Shown here piece after piece: positions 8,612-19,517 of a stretch of DNA of 64,000 bases (position 1 is the stretch's first letter; every line of letters starts with the position of its first letter). The notes beneath the pieces were generated by a model that had not been told where the DNA came from, ran no database searches, and worked only from the letters and a program-made list of their open reading frames with translations. A program made the position numbers and the translations under genes. Source of the stretch: Solirubrobacterales bacterium (lineage in GTDB: Bacteria; Actinomycetota; Thermoleophilia; Solirubrobacterales; 70-9); contig DASXKW010000011.1 of assembly GCA_036496625.1 (NCBI GenBank), forward strand, positions 2,372 through 66,371, in the 5' to 3' direction.

Positions 8612-9873
8612 GCCGCCAGGGCCTTCGGCGCCGCGGCGGCCGGGACGATTCGCTCGCAGGCCCGCTGGGCGCTGAGCACGCCGTCCTCGTGGAACCCCCA
8701 GCCCCAGTAGGCGCCGCAGTAGTGGGTGTTGCGAACGCCGCTGATCTCCGCGTGCCGGGCCTGGGCGGCGACCCCCGCGGCGGTGTAGACGGGGTGGTCG
8801 TAGGAGAAGCGGCGCAGCACCGTCGCCGGGTCGATTTCATCGCCGCGATTGAGCGTGACCAGGAGCTGGCGCTCGCTGCGCAGGCGCTGCAGCATGTTCA
8901 TCCAGTAGGTGACCGTGGTCCCCTGGGCGGGCCCGGCGCCGAGGTGGAAGTTCCAGCTCGACCAGGCGGCGCGGCGGCGCGGCAGCAACGCCGCGTCGGT
9001 GTGCAGCAGCGTTTCGTTGCGCTGGTAGGGGATGGCAGCGAGGATCTCGCGCTCCGCCTCGCTCGGATCGGCGAGCATCGCCAGCGCCTGGTCGGAGTGG
9101 GCCGCGATCACGACCTCGTCGAAGCCCTCGCTCTCGCAGCCGTCCGCCTCGACGCGGACGCCGGCGCCGAGCCGCTCGATCCTGCGGACGCGGGCCCGCA
9201 GCCGGACCCGCTCGCGCCAGGGCGCCGCGATCGCCTCCACGTAGCGGCTCGAGCCGCCGCTGACGGTGCGCCAGCGCGGGCGGTCGCGGAGGCTGAACAT
9301 CCCGTGGTTATCGAAGAACTCGACCATGAAGCTGGCCGGGAAGCTCCACATCTGCCGCGGGTCGGCCGACCAGACCGCGGACGCCTGCGGCACGATCAGC
9401 CGCTCGACGAAGTGCCGGGAGAAGCCCTTCTCCTCCAGCCAGGCGCCCAGCGAGGGCGCGGTGCCGTTCACCCCGATCAGCGCCCGTGCCTCGCGGTTGA
9501 AGCGACGCCAGTCACGCAGCATGCCGAGGAAGGAGGGGCTGAGCAGGTGGGCGGGGCGGGCGAAGAGTCCGAGTGGCCTGCCCGCGTACTCGAAGTCGCC
9601 CCGGCCGTCGGAGACGGAGAAGCCCATGTGGGAGGGCTGGGTGGCGACCCCCAGCTCGCCGAGCAGCCGTTCGAAGTTAGGGTAGTTGCGGTCGTTGAAG
9701 ACGATGAAGCCGGTGTCCACCCGGCGGGTCTCGTCCTCGAAGTCAACCCGGACCGTGTTGGCGTGCCCGCCGACGCGCGAGCCGGCCTCGTAGATCGTCA
9801 GCTCGTGCTCGCGGTGCAGCCGGTGGGCCGCCACGAGCCCGGAAATCCCGGTTCCGACGATCGCGATCTTCAT
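8608..9873 (-). CDS. NAD(P)/FAD-dependent oxidoreductase (amine-oxidase/desaturase-like)
   Basis: MKIAIVGTGISGLVAA dinucleotide-binding fold; ORF trimmed to that Met. Confidence 0.85.
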   Translation of the reverse strand: MKIAIVGTGISGLVAAHRLHREHELTIYEAGSRVGGHANTVRVDFEDETRRVDTGFIVFNDRNYPNFERLLGELGVATQPSHMGFSVSDGRGDFEYAGRPLGLFARPAHLLSPSFLGMLRDWRRFNREARALIGVNGTAPSLGAWLEEKGFSRHFVERLIVPQASAVWSADPRQMWSFPASFMVEFFDNHGMFSLRDRPRWRTVSGGSSRYVEAIAAPWRERVRLRARVRRIERLGAGVRVEADGCESEGFDEVVIAAHSDQALAMLADPSEAEREILAAIPYQRNETLLHTDAALLPRRRAAWSSWNFHLGAGPAQGTTVTYWMNMLQRLRSERQLLVTLNRGDEIDPATVLRRFSYDHPVYTAAGVAAQARHAEISGVRNTHYCGAYWGWGFHEDGVLSAQRACERIVPAAAAPKALAA

Positions 9874-9976
9874 CGCAGATGAGTACGGGGCGGATAGCCG
9901 AGCGGATGCATCCGGCAAGAGCCTCGGTGCAACGCTTTTTCGTGGTCATAGGACGAAAACGCGTTACACCTTCCGT

Positions 9977-11239
9977 TCATCCGTAGGGCTTGTAGATCAT
10001 CCGCTGCCCGAGCAGTCCGGTGACGGTGGCGAAGCCGTAGCCGCGGGCACGCAGCGTGTCGATGATCGCCGGCAGCGCCGCGAGGGTGCCTCTGCGATCG
10101 CCGCCGCCGTCGTGCATGAGGATGATCGAGCCCGCCTGGGCGGCGCCGACGACGCGGCTGTAGACGGCGGCGCTGCCCGGAGTCGTCCAGTCGGCCGGAT
10201 CGACGTCCCAGGTGATCGTCCGCAGCCCGTTCTCAGCGGCGGCTGCGATCACCGATGAGTCGACGGCGCCGCCCGGCGGCCGCAGCAGGCAGGGCCTGAA
10301 GTGGGTGATCGACTCGATCAGCGTGGTGACCGGGGCGATGTCCGCGTAGCCCGGGAATTCGGTGTGGTGCATCGTGTGGTTGCCGATCTCGTTGCCTTCG
10401 AGGAGGATCTGGCGCATCGTCGATTCGCGGCCCGCCATCTCCTGGCCGATCTCGAAGAAGGTGCCGGGAACGTGCTTTTCGCGCAGGACCTGGAGGAAGC
10501 CCGCCGTGTATTCGCTCGGCCCGTCGTCGAAGGTCAGGGCGACGGCGTTGCGGTCGCGCGGCCCGTTCGTGTCGAGGCCGGAGGTGCCCCCGGTGCAGCC
10601 GACGGCACGCGCCGGCCGCAGGCGGAAGGTCCGGGCGCCCTGGGCCGGCAGCCTCGTTTCGCAGCTTGAAGCCTCCTTCGCGCCACAGCCTCCGAGGCTG
10701 GCCACCACCCCCCATTGGTAGCGGTGCGGCGCCAGTCCTGCGTCGTCTGGCAGCAGCGCCAGGACCAGCTTCTGCGCGCTCGGCCGCTTCACGGTGACCG
10801 CGAGCGTTTCCTTGCCGATCAGCTCTCCCGCCGCGTTGAGGACCTCGAGACCGATGCGTCGCCGTGCGTTCGTTGTGCCGCCGAGACAGAGCCGTCGCAG
10901 CGCCTTGGTCCCGGTCGGCCGCATCGCCAGGCAGAGGTAGCGTGAGCCCTGCGCCCGCGGCAGCCGGTCGAGCTTGGCGAGCGCAACCGGGCCCGAGGTC
11001 CGCAGACTGAGGATCAGGCGCCTCCCCCTCTGGGAGAGTCGTGCGCGGACCGGCGCGGGTGGCGTCGCCGCAGCGCCGGGCGGAGCCACGGAGGCCGCTC
11101 CCAGCGCCGTGCCGGCGAGGGCAGCGATGCAGATGATCTTGCGAGATCTGGCGATTGAGATGATCCGGCTGATCGATTGGAAAGGCCTGCGCATTATTGC
11201 GCCTGCATCCCCGATCCTCGTCTCGATCGATCCAGACAA
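9977..11239 (-). CDS. Secreted polysaccharide deacetylase (NodB domain)
   Basis: Signal-like segment IICIAALAGTALGAASVA; LTFDDGP...GNHTMHH motifs; start may be Met at 11194. Confidence 0.8.
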   Translation of the reverse strand: MSGSIETRIGDAGAIMRRPFQSISRIISIARSRKIICIAALAGTALGAASVAPPGAAATPPAPVRARLSQRGRRLILSLRTSGPVALAKLDRLPRAQGSRYLCLAMRPTGTKALRRLCLGGTTNARRRIGLEVLNAAGELIGKETLAVTVKRPSAQKLVLALLPDDAGLAPHRYQWGVVASLGGCGAKEASSCETRLPAQGARTFRLRPARAVGCTGGTSGLDTNGPRDRNAVALTFDDGPSEYTAGFLQVLREKHVPGTFFEIGQEMAGRESTMRQILLEGNEIGNHTMHHTEFPGYADIAPVTTLIESITHFRPCLLRPPGGAVDSSVIAAAAENGLRTITWDVDPADWTTPGSAAVYSRVVGAAQAGSIILMHDGGGDRRGTLAALPAIIDTLRARGYGFATVTGLLGQRMIYKPYG

Positions 11240-11486
11240 GCGCGTCTATTTCCGGTACGTCAATGGTATGGGGGTTTCTTTGACCGCGGAGCGTTGCCCG
11301 CTACCGTGTTTCGCGTTGACGTGAAAGCCAGACGCGCTGCGGTGCCAGGGTTCGCCTCACGCTCTTCACGATCTTCTCCGCAATGGCGCTCATCGCGTAC
11401 ATGCCAGCCGCTGCCTGCGCGTTGCCGGACCGATCCGGGGAGTCGATTGACCCCTTGAACCACGAGAAAGATCCGGGTCCCGCTCC

Positions 11487-12578
11487 GTGAGCCGGCGCCC
11501 GGCGGGGGCGCTTGCGGGCATGGCCATGATCTTTCTCCTCGCAACTCCGGGAGGAGCTGTCGCCAAGCGTCCCGACCCGGGCGTTTCGCTCGAGGTGCCG
11601 CAGCCTGCGGTACCGATGCACGACGTCGTGTTGGGCGAGCCCGGCGCTGCGGGGGCGCGGATATCGGCATCCGCGTCGTCGCAGCGCTACTCGATCGGCG
11701 ACGGCAGCGAAGCGACGATCGCCGTCGACGTCACCGCCGCCTGCGCGGAGAGCTGCAACGTGACCGACCCGCAGCAGGTCGCCGACTTCATCGGCACCCT
11801 GATCCACGGCGAAGAGGTCGAACTGCTCACGGTCCAGCTCGACACCGAATACCAGCTCGGCTTCGACTGCGGCTTCGGCGCCGAGGCCTGCTACTTCACC
11901 GGCGAGAACAAGATCGTCATCGGCGGCTACGAAGAAGAGGACGGCGACGGGGCGACCTTCGACTTCGTCCTCGCTCACGAGTACGGGCACCACGTCGCCC
12001 AGCACCGCGAAATGCCGGCGCCGTTCGGCGCCGCGATCGATTGGGGCACCGAGCGCTGGGCCAGCGTCGAGCACGTCTGCCAGGGCCAGCGCCGTGGCCG
12101 TCTGTATCCCGGCAACGAGGGCACCCACTACTTCGAGGATCCCGGCGAGGCCTTCGCCGAGTCCTTCGCCCGCTATCGCTTCCCGGACCTGCCGGTCAAA
12201 TGGAGCTATGCGCCGGCCCTGAAGCCGACCCCGGCCTCGTTCCGGGCGATCCGCGAAGACACCCTTACGCCCTGGCGGGGGCGAACCAGCTTCGTGCTGT
12301 CGGGGCGAGTGCCGGCCAGGGGGGAGGGCGCAGCCGTCGAGTCCCTGCAGACGCCACTCGACGGAACGGTCAGCCTGCGCCCAAGCAGCCTGCGCAGGCG
12401 CGGCTACGAGTTGGCCCTTCGTAGCCGCGCCGGCAGGCTCCTGCGCAGCTCCCGTCATGGCCTCGGCCCCCTCCACCAGATCGACTACACCGTCTGCGGC
12501 CAGTCCCACCTGCGCCTCGTGATCACCTCAACCAAGGCCCAGGGAGGACCCTTCCGCCTCCGAATCCAGCGACCCTGA
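11487..12578 (+). CDS. Secreted hypothetical protein with HExxH zinc-peptidase-like motif
   Basis: Signal peptide MAMIFLLATPGGAVA; FVLAHEYGHHVAQH. Confidence 0.6.
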   Translation: MSRRPAGALAGMAMIFLLATPGGAVAKRPDPGVSLEVPQPAVPMHDVVLGEPGAAGARISASASSQRYSIGDGSEATIAVDVTAACAESCNVTDPQQVADFIGTLIHGEEVELLTVQLDTEYQLGFDCGFGAEACYFTGENKIVIGGYEEEDGDGATFDFVLAHEYGHHVAQHREMPAPFGAAIDWGTERWASVEHVCQGQRRGRLYPGNEGTHYFEDPGEAFAESFARYRFPDLPVKWSYAPALKPTPASFRAIREDTLTPWRGRTSFVLSGRVPARGEGAAVESLQTPLDGTVSLRPSSLRRRGYELALRSRAGRLLRSSRHGLGPLHQIDYTVCGQSHLRLVITSTKAQGGPFRLRIQRP

Positions 12579-12613
12579 GATAATCATCTCCGGGCGCAAG
12601 TCGCCCATCCCTC

Positions 12614-14321
<1,708 letters not shown>

Positions 14322-14471
14322 GATCGCCTCCTCGGTTCCTGGTTCGCTCGGGTCGCCAGCCGCTGCCGGCAAGCGATCCCGGCTCCATCGCTCGGACACG
14401 TTTAGCTCCACGCGCCCGAGATCTCAACAGGGTTGCCCGATCGGCCTGCCGGGGCGGCCGGGCAGCGTCGG

Positions 14472-15404
14472 TCATCGCCGCCTCTCCTTGGCTTCCCGAT
14501 CGTCGCCACCGAGCCAGTCGACCGCCCGGCTCGGGTCGCGAGCGTCGAGGAAGATCGGCGCGAAGGGGCCTTCGCCCTGCAGATCATCGAGCAGGCAGAT
14601 CGAGATTCCGACCTCGGGCGTGCGTGAGAACCGCGGGTCGCTGCGCAGCAAGGCAAGCACGGTGGAGCGGCGCCGCTCGAGCGCCGCCCTGTGGCCGCCC
14701 GTCAGCACGCAGTGGACGGGAGGGAAGAACGGGTAGAGCGAGCGCCACAGCGGTTCGCCATCGGAGCCACCGAGCCGGTACAGCTCCGCGTAGCGCGCCA
14801 GCTCAGCGGCGAGCCGGTCCACGGTGAGCGTGGCGCGATCGATCTCCAAGAAACGCTGCTCGATCGCGACCCCGTCCTCCTCGATCCGCAGGTAGGTGAA
14901 GACGGCGTCGGCGACCAGCCGGCGGCGACGCCGGCCGCGCCCGCGCGAGAGGGGATGGGAAACCTCGTGGCGCCAGGCGAGGGGGCCGAACTCGTCCCCG
15001 CGCTCGCGCGCTGCCTGCATGAAGCAGATCGCCGCGTCGTTGACCGCGAGCGTGTGGGCCTGGAGCGGCCCGGCCGCCTCCTCGGCGCCGATCAGGCGCG
15101 GCGCGTCGTCCAGCACGCCGGCCTCTCGCGCCAGGCTCGCCCCCAGCTCGGTCACATGCCAGAGGCGCCGATGGGAGCGCGGCGACTGCACATAGCCGGC
15201 GAGACCGGCCCGCCCAAGCCGCGCCAGCAGCCTCTGCACCCAGCGCTCGCCCCGGCCCGGGAGGTGGATGGCACGGACCTGGCCGGTGGAAAGGACGCGG
15301 TGCTGAGCGAGCGAGGCGGTTACCTCGATTCCAGCCTCGGTGAGAGCGCCCTGGACGCTCGCGGGCTTGCTCACTGCTTTGGCCTCGTTCCGCCGGGCAC
15401 CCAA
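14472..15404 (-). CDS. Replication-relaxation family protein
   Basis: wHTH-like N-terminus (LAQHRVLSTGQVRAIH...) and overall resemblance to the replication-relaxation family. Alternative GTG start at 15374 forms a GTGA overlap with the upstream stop. Confidence 0.65.
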   Translation of the reverse strand: MGARRNEAKAVSKPASVQGALTEAGIEVTASLAQHRVLSTGQVRAIHLPGRGERWVQRLLARLGRAGLAGYVQSPRSHRRLWHVTELGASLAREAGVLDDAPRLIGAEEAAGPLQAHTLAVNDAAICFMQAARERGDEFGPLAWRHEVSHPLSRGRGRRRRRLVADAVFTYLRIEEDGVAIEQRFLEIDRATLTVDRLAAELARYAELYRLGGSDGEPLWRSLYPFFPPVHCVLTGGHRAALERRRSTVLALLRSDPRFSRTPEVGISICLLDDLQGEGPFAPIFLDARDPSRAVDWLGGDDREAKERRR

Positions 15405-18013
15405 AGCGTCGGCTGGTCGGTCGACGCGCCCTGGTCGTCGGGGTTCGCCGATGCGGGAGCCTCCGACACCACCCCCTCGGTCTTAGCCGCCTTCCGGCGT
15501 CGCTTCGTCAGCTCGGCCAGGATGCGCTCGTCGAGCGTCTCCAGGTGCCGGGTCACCTCGGCGGCCTCGGTCTGTGCCACGGCGCCGCCCAGCGGCACTC
15601 CGCTCCCGGCAGCGGGTAGCTCGGCGACGTCCTCGACCCTGATCCCCTCCAGCGCGAAGGGCTCGCTCAGCTCGCCGCGGTCGGTGACCTGGGCGATGAA
15701 ATGAAAGCGCCGCAGGCGGGTCAGCGCCGCCGGGTCGGGCTTGCCCGCCCACTCCTTGGTCACGAGGGCTGCCGCGCGGAAGTTCATCGTCGTGGCGAGC
15801 AGGTGCGAGCGGTTGGTGGCGAGCGCGGTCAGCGTCTGCGGGTTCAGCCGCTCGGGGTTCTGGTTTAGCACGATGGCCCGCAGGCCGAACTTCGCGCTCT
15901 GCTCCAGCAGCGCCGCGAGGTTGCCCGAGGCGACGCTGTCGTAGGTCTGCACCTCGTCGAGGAAGACCCAGAAGGGCTTGCGCTCCGACCCGCGCCCCTT
16001 CCCCGCGTGCAGCAGGTCGAAGAGCAGCAGATTGGCGACCAACCGCTCATGGACATCGCTCGATCCGGGATGGGCGAGGACGATCAAGCCCTCGTCCATC
16101 GCCTCGCGCGCCCGGTAGGTGCTTTGGCTCTGGCCGAGCAGTGCCGTGATCGGGGTTGAGCCCGAGAGGCGGTCGACCAGGTTGGTGATCGGCGTGATCG
16201 CCTCCTCGGAGAGGCGCGGGAAGCGCTCGGTCCAGAACGCCTGCGATGAGGAGGGCAGGAAGGGCAGCGCAGCCTCGCGCCACCGCTCGCTGGAGAGCAG
16301 CGGCAGCAGCTGAAAGATCGTCGGGCAGAGCTCGGGCGGCAGGACGCGGGCAACGTGGGCCAGCGCCCGCGTCGCCTGCGTGGTCAGGTTGATCGCCCGC
16401 GTCGACTGATCGCCCCACTGCAGGGTCGAGGCGAAGGCGCCGACGATCGCCGCCACGCGCGACTCGACTTCGGCAGCGTTCTTGCCGCGAAGCTCGAAGA
16501 GGTTCCAGCCCGGCAGCTCCCAGGCACCGCTTTCGCTGACGTCGATCTCGACCACCCGCCGCGCCACCTCGGGCTCGGTCAGGTAGGGCTTGATCCGCGT
16601 GAGCGCGTCGCCGTGGGGATCGAGAAAGAGGCCGCCGCTGCCCGAGCGAACCAGGTGGACGAACTGGGCGATCGCCGTCTCGGTCTTGCCGTAGCGGGAG
16701 CGGCCGGCGATGTAGGTGAAGAAGGTGTCGGCGGTGCGGGCGCCGACGATGCGCTTGCCCCGCTCGCCGCTGACCTTGCCCAGCGGGATCAGGTCGGCTC
16801 GGCCTTCCTCGAAGGTCGGCAGCGAGGGCGCCGCCGGCAGCAGCGTGCCCGAGCGCACGACGTTGGTCGAGACGCAGTGGGCGCTCGGCGGCTTCAGGAA
16901 CCCCGCGACCTCACGGGCGGTGAGGACCGAGCGCTTCGCGGGGCGGTGGAGGCCGGTGGCGAGGCGGCGGTCGAAGCCGCGCCGCCGAGTTGGGAAGTCC
17001 GAGCCGAAGAAGACGACCTCGCCCGCCCCGATGCCCGAGGGGCGCAGCCAATTGTGAGAGCGCATTGGCTCGAAGGCGGCGAGCAGGAGCTGCATCGCAA
17101 GCTTCGCGCGCGGCTTCTCGGCCGCTTCGGCGCAGAGCAGGACCTGTGCCTCATACAGCGGTTCGGAACCGCGCAGCTTTGCGTCGAGCGCCTGGCCGAC
17201 CATGCGTCGCTCCAAGAGCGCCGTCGGGTCGCTCTTGCCGCGTCGCGGCCGTTCGTTGTTGAGAATCTCCGTCAGGCTGCGCTTCTCGCCGTGCAGACGC
17301 TTGGCCTGTCGTTTCAACTTTGCGCGCAGGCGAGCGCGGCGCAGTCCGGCGGTCGACAGCAGGTCGACGCAGACGCTGACCTGCTCGCCGTGCTCTGCCC
17401 TCAGCGAGGCCATCGCCGCGGCGAAGGGCTGGAGCGGATCGGGATCGAGAGCGAGCTGGACCAGCGGTTCGATGCTCGGGCGGGCGAGGACCAGCTCGAT
17501 CCGCAGCCGGACGGCCTGCTCCGGCTGCGCAGGCAGCACCTCGGCGACTTCGCGCAGCTCGACACCCTCGTAGTCGCGCAGCGCCGTCCGCAGCAGCTCG
17601 TGCGAGCGGGCTGGGACTTCGAGCAGATAGACGAGGCGCCCTTTCCGGTCGTTGGTCAGCCGCACGCGCAGGGCGCGGGCGCGGCGGTCGAACCAGCCGC
17701 GCAAGCTGCGATCGCTGCGCGCCAGCTCGGCGGCGAAGCGCTGCACCGCCTCGGCTTTCGGGTCGAACTCATCGGCCGGCACCACGGCCACGGCGGTTCG
17801 CGTCGCCAGCGTGCGGCGCGTGGCGCGGAAGCGCTGTGGAGCCAGCGCGGAGGCGATAGCGATGGCGCCGAGAGCGAGGGGCGCGACCGAGGCCGCCGAG
17901 GCCACCAGGTGAGCGGGATGGATGCTCGATGCGGCATGCACGATCACGGCGATCACGAGGAGGGCGAACAGCGCCAACATCGGCCTCGGATCGTGCGGAT
18001 CGACGCCCATCAT
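15371..18013 (-). CDS. TraD/VirD4-like type IV coupling protein (FtsK/HerA-superfamily P-loop ATPase)
   Basis: TM N-terminus (MLALFALLVIAVIV), Walker A GRSRYGKTE, Walker B FWVFLDEVQTY; trimmed to Met-Met at 18013. Confidence 0.75.
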   Translation of the reverse strand: MMGVDPHDPRPMLALFALLVIAVIVHAASSIHPAHLVASAASVAPLALGAIAIASALAPQRFRATRRTLATRTAVAVVPADEFDPKAEAVQRFAAELARSDRSLRGWFDRRARALRVRLTNDRKGRLVYLLEVPARSHELLRTALRDYEGVELREVAEVLPAQPEQAVRLRIELVLARPSIEPLVQLALDPDPLQPFAAAMASLRAEHGEQVSVCVDLLSTAGLRRARLRAKLKRQAKRLHGEKRSLTEILNNERPRRGKSDPTALLERRMVGQALDAKLRGSEPLYEAQVLLCAEAAEKPRAKLAMQLLLAAFEPMRSHNWLRPSGIGAGEVVFFGSDFPTRRRGFDRRLATGLHRPAKRSVLTAREVAGFLKPPSAHCVSTNVVRSGTLLPAAPSLPTFEEGRADLIPLGKVSGERGKRIVGARTADTFFTYIAGRSRYGKTETAIAQFVHLVRSGSGGLFLDPHGDALTRIKPYLTEPEVARRVVEIDVSESGAWELPGWNLFELRGKNAAEVESRVAAIVGAFASTLQWGDQSTRAINLTTQATRALAHVARVLPPELCPTIFQLLPLLSSERWREAALPFLPSSSQAFWTERFPRLSEEAITPITNLVDRLSGSTPITALLGQSQSTYRAREAMDEGLIVLAHPGSSDVHERLVANLLLFDLLHAGKGRGSERKPFWVFLDEVQTYDSVASGNLAALLEQSAKFGLRAIVLNQNPERLNPQTLTALATNRSHLLATTMNFRAAALVTKEWAGKPDPAALTRLRRFHFIAQVTDRGELSEPFALEGIRVEDVAELPAAGSGVPLGGAVAQTEAAEVTRHLETLDERILAELTKRRRKAAKTEGVVSEAPASANPDDQGASTDQPTLWVPGGTRPKQ

Positions 18014-18210
18014 GCACCGACCCTTGGGTGACGTAGGTATGTCGGCAAAACGGGGAGGCCGCAATCGCCGCTGCCATGCGGGAGAGCGCGCATCTCGGCG
18101 CTTGTCGCCCCGACCCGAGGACCGACCGCAGGGCCGACCCCACGCCCGACCTGTCGCTCGACCGCTGGCCGGTTGCCGCTGCTCGCTCTGTTCGCTGCGT
18201 TCTCCACCAC

Positions 18211-18309
18211 TACTACAGAGCAGGCAGCAGCGAAAGTGGACAGTGATTCGCGGCAAGTTTTAGATTCGGCTCTCATATAACTACGGAGCGGCGAGCAGCG
18301 AAAGTGGAC
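18211..18309. repeat. Two ~30-nt imperfect direct repeats (core AGCAGCGAAAGTGGAC at 18226-18241 and 18294-18309)
   Basis: Read directly; they lie in the non-coding gap upstream of the coupling-ATPase gene and flank an AT-rich stretch. Confidence 0.6.
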
Positions 18310-18446
18310 CCCCTTGTGTGACGAATCCGACGCTTCGCGGCAGGATCGGCCGCTCGTTTTCTTGCTCCCATACCTCCTTGCCGTACGAGAAGGTGTCTTG
18401 CGCCACGGATTTCCGGAGGGGCCGTGTGCTGGAGCCTGGACGGGCG

Positions 18447-18770
18447 CTACGAGGGGGCGGCCGGCTCGTCCTCAGAGACGAGATACGCCGCCGGGCCGGA
18501 GTGCTCGAACCAGCCCGGCCGCCAGGTGACGCCGCTGACGAGATCGCCCACTGAGGTCGAGTAGGCGCCCGCGAGCCGGATCAGGACATCGAGGCTGGGG
18601 ACGTATTCGCCGCCCTCGATCTTGTCGAGCTTGGAGCGGGTGAGCGCAGCTCGCTTGGCGGCCTCCTTCTGGTCGAGGCCGGCCAGCTCACGGGCGCGGT
18701 AGAGGTTGTCCGCGAAGCGGGCCAGCGCCTTGAACGGAAAGGGCACCTTGGAGCGCGAGCCAGCCGTCAT
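18447..18770 (-). CDS. XRE-family HTH regulator
   Basis: FADNLYRARELAGLDQKEAAKRAALTRSKLDKIEGG HTH_3-like; internal Met start gives ATGA-type overlap with upstream gene. Confidence 0.75.
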   Translation of the reverse strand: MTAGSRSKVPFPFKALARFADNLYRARELAGLDQKEAAKRAALTRSKLDKIEGGEYVPSLDVLIRLAGAYSTSVGDLVSGVTWRPGWFEHSGPAAYLVSEDEPAAPS

Positions 18771-19144
18771 CGGGAACCGTTGGCGACCTCGACGGCGGGC
18801 GGGCTGGTCGGCGCCTCGTCGGACTCCCGTAGCACTCGGTCTTCCCGCTCGACCACGTCCCACGAGCCCGGCACGACGATCTCGTAGCCGGGTTGCCACT
18901 CCAGCCCGGCGACGAGGTCGTCAAGCGGCACACCGAGGCTGCCGGCGATCCGCAGCGCCGTGTCGACGCGCGGCATCCGCTCACCGCGCTCAAGCAAGCT
19001 CACCTCGGTGCGGTGGATCGAGGCGCGGAAGCTCAACTCTTCCTGGGAGACATCTGCGCCCTCGCGGCAGCGAGCGAGGTTCCGGCCGAAGCGGACTTTC
19101 ATCTCCGCCGTGGGTGGCGCTGAGGTCGGCGCGCGCTGTCTCAT
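18767..19144 (-). CDS. XRE-family HTH regulator (paralog of 18447-18770)
   Basis: FGRNLARCREGADVSQEELSFRASIHRTEVSLLERGE; shared C-terminal DL(V)xG(L/V)xW(Q/R)PG motif; start could be 19102. Confidence 0.75.
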   Translation of the reverse strand: MRQRAPTSAPPTAEMKVRFGRNLARCREGADVSQEELSFRASIHRTEVSLLERGERMPRVDTALRIAGSLGVPLDDLVAGLEWQPGYEIVVPGSWDVVEREDRVLRESDEAPTSPPAVEVANGSR

Positions 19145-19280
19145 CGCGAACGCCGCCACCGCGCTCCTGCGGTTTCTCGAGGGCCGAGGCAGGTGTCGAG
19201 GTGCCCAACCAGCGGGCACCTCGTACCTCCCTGTGGCCTGCGCCTCGGCCCTCGAAAAACCGCAGGAGCGGCTCGCACGG

Positions 19281-19517
19281 TCACTTCGGCTTCGCCTCCT
19301 TGAGGACGTAGCCGCGCGGGCGCTTCTTGGCTTGGCGCACCTTCCCGTCCTTCGTCAGTCGCGCGAGGCAGTTGGCGACGGCGCCGGCCGAGCGCTCGAT
19401 GCCTTTGGCGATCGCGGTGGCGGTTAGCGGGCCGTCGTCCTTGTGCGCGGCCAGATAGGAGAGCACGAGGCCGTCCAGCTCTCCGGGGCGCAGGCGCTTC
19501 GCCTTCGCCGGGCTCAC
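19281..19517 (-). CDS. Small winged-helix DNA-binding protein
   Basis: LVLSYLAAHKDDGPLTATAIAKGIERSAGAVANCLARLTKDGKV resembles MarR/wHTH; 4-nt overlap with upstream gene. Confidence 0.6.
   Translation of the reverse strand: MSPAKAKRLRPGELDGLVLSYLAAHKDDGPLTATAIAKGIERSAGAVANCLARLTKDGKVRQAKKRPRGYVLKEAKPK

Noticed and set aside
11240-11486. Possible riboswitch (a cyclic-di-AMP/ydaO type was considered) in the 250-nt leader of the secreted HExxH protein gene
   Set aside because: Only vague resemblance (CCGAUCCGGGGAG-type strings). I could not identify the conserved pseudo-symmetric helices by eye. It would need a cmsearch scan to revive.
16355-18031. Long ORFs antisense to clearly recognisable genes. 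Examples: 295-1530, 1910-3004, 5013-6029, 16355-18031, 28995-30512, 43879-45114 upstream part, 52011-53387, 53183-54952, 54898-55932, 61928-63484
   Set aside because: These are typical high-G+C shadow ORFs. Their translations are Arg/Ala/Pro/Gly-rich and low-complexity with no motifs, and the opposite strand encodes proteins with clear family signatures.
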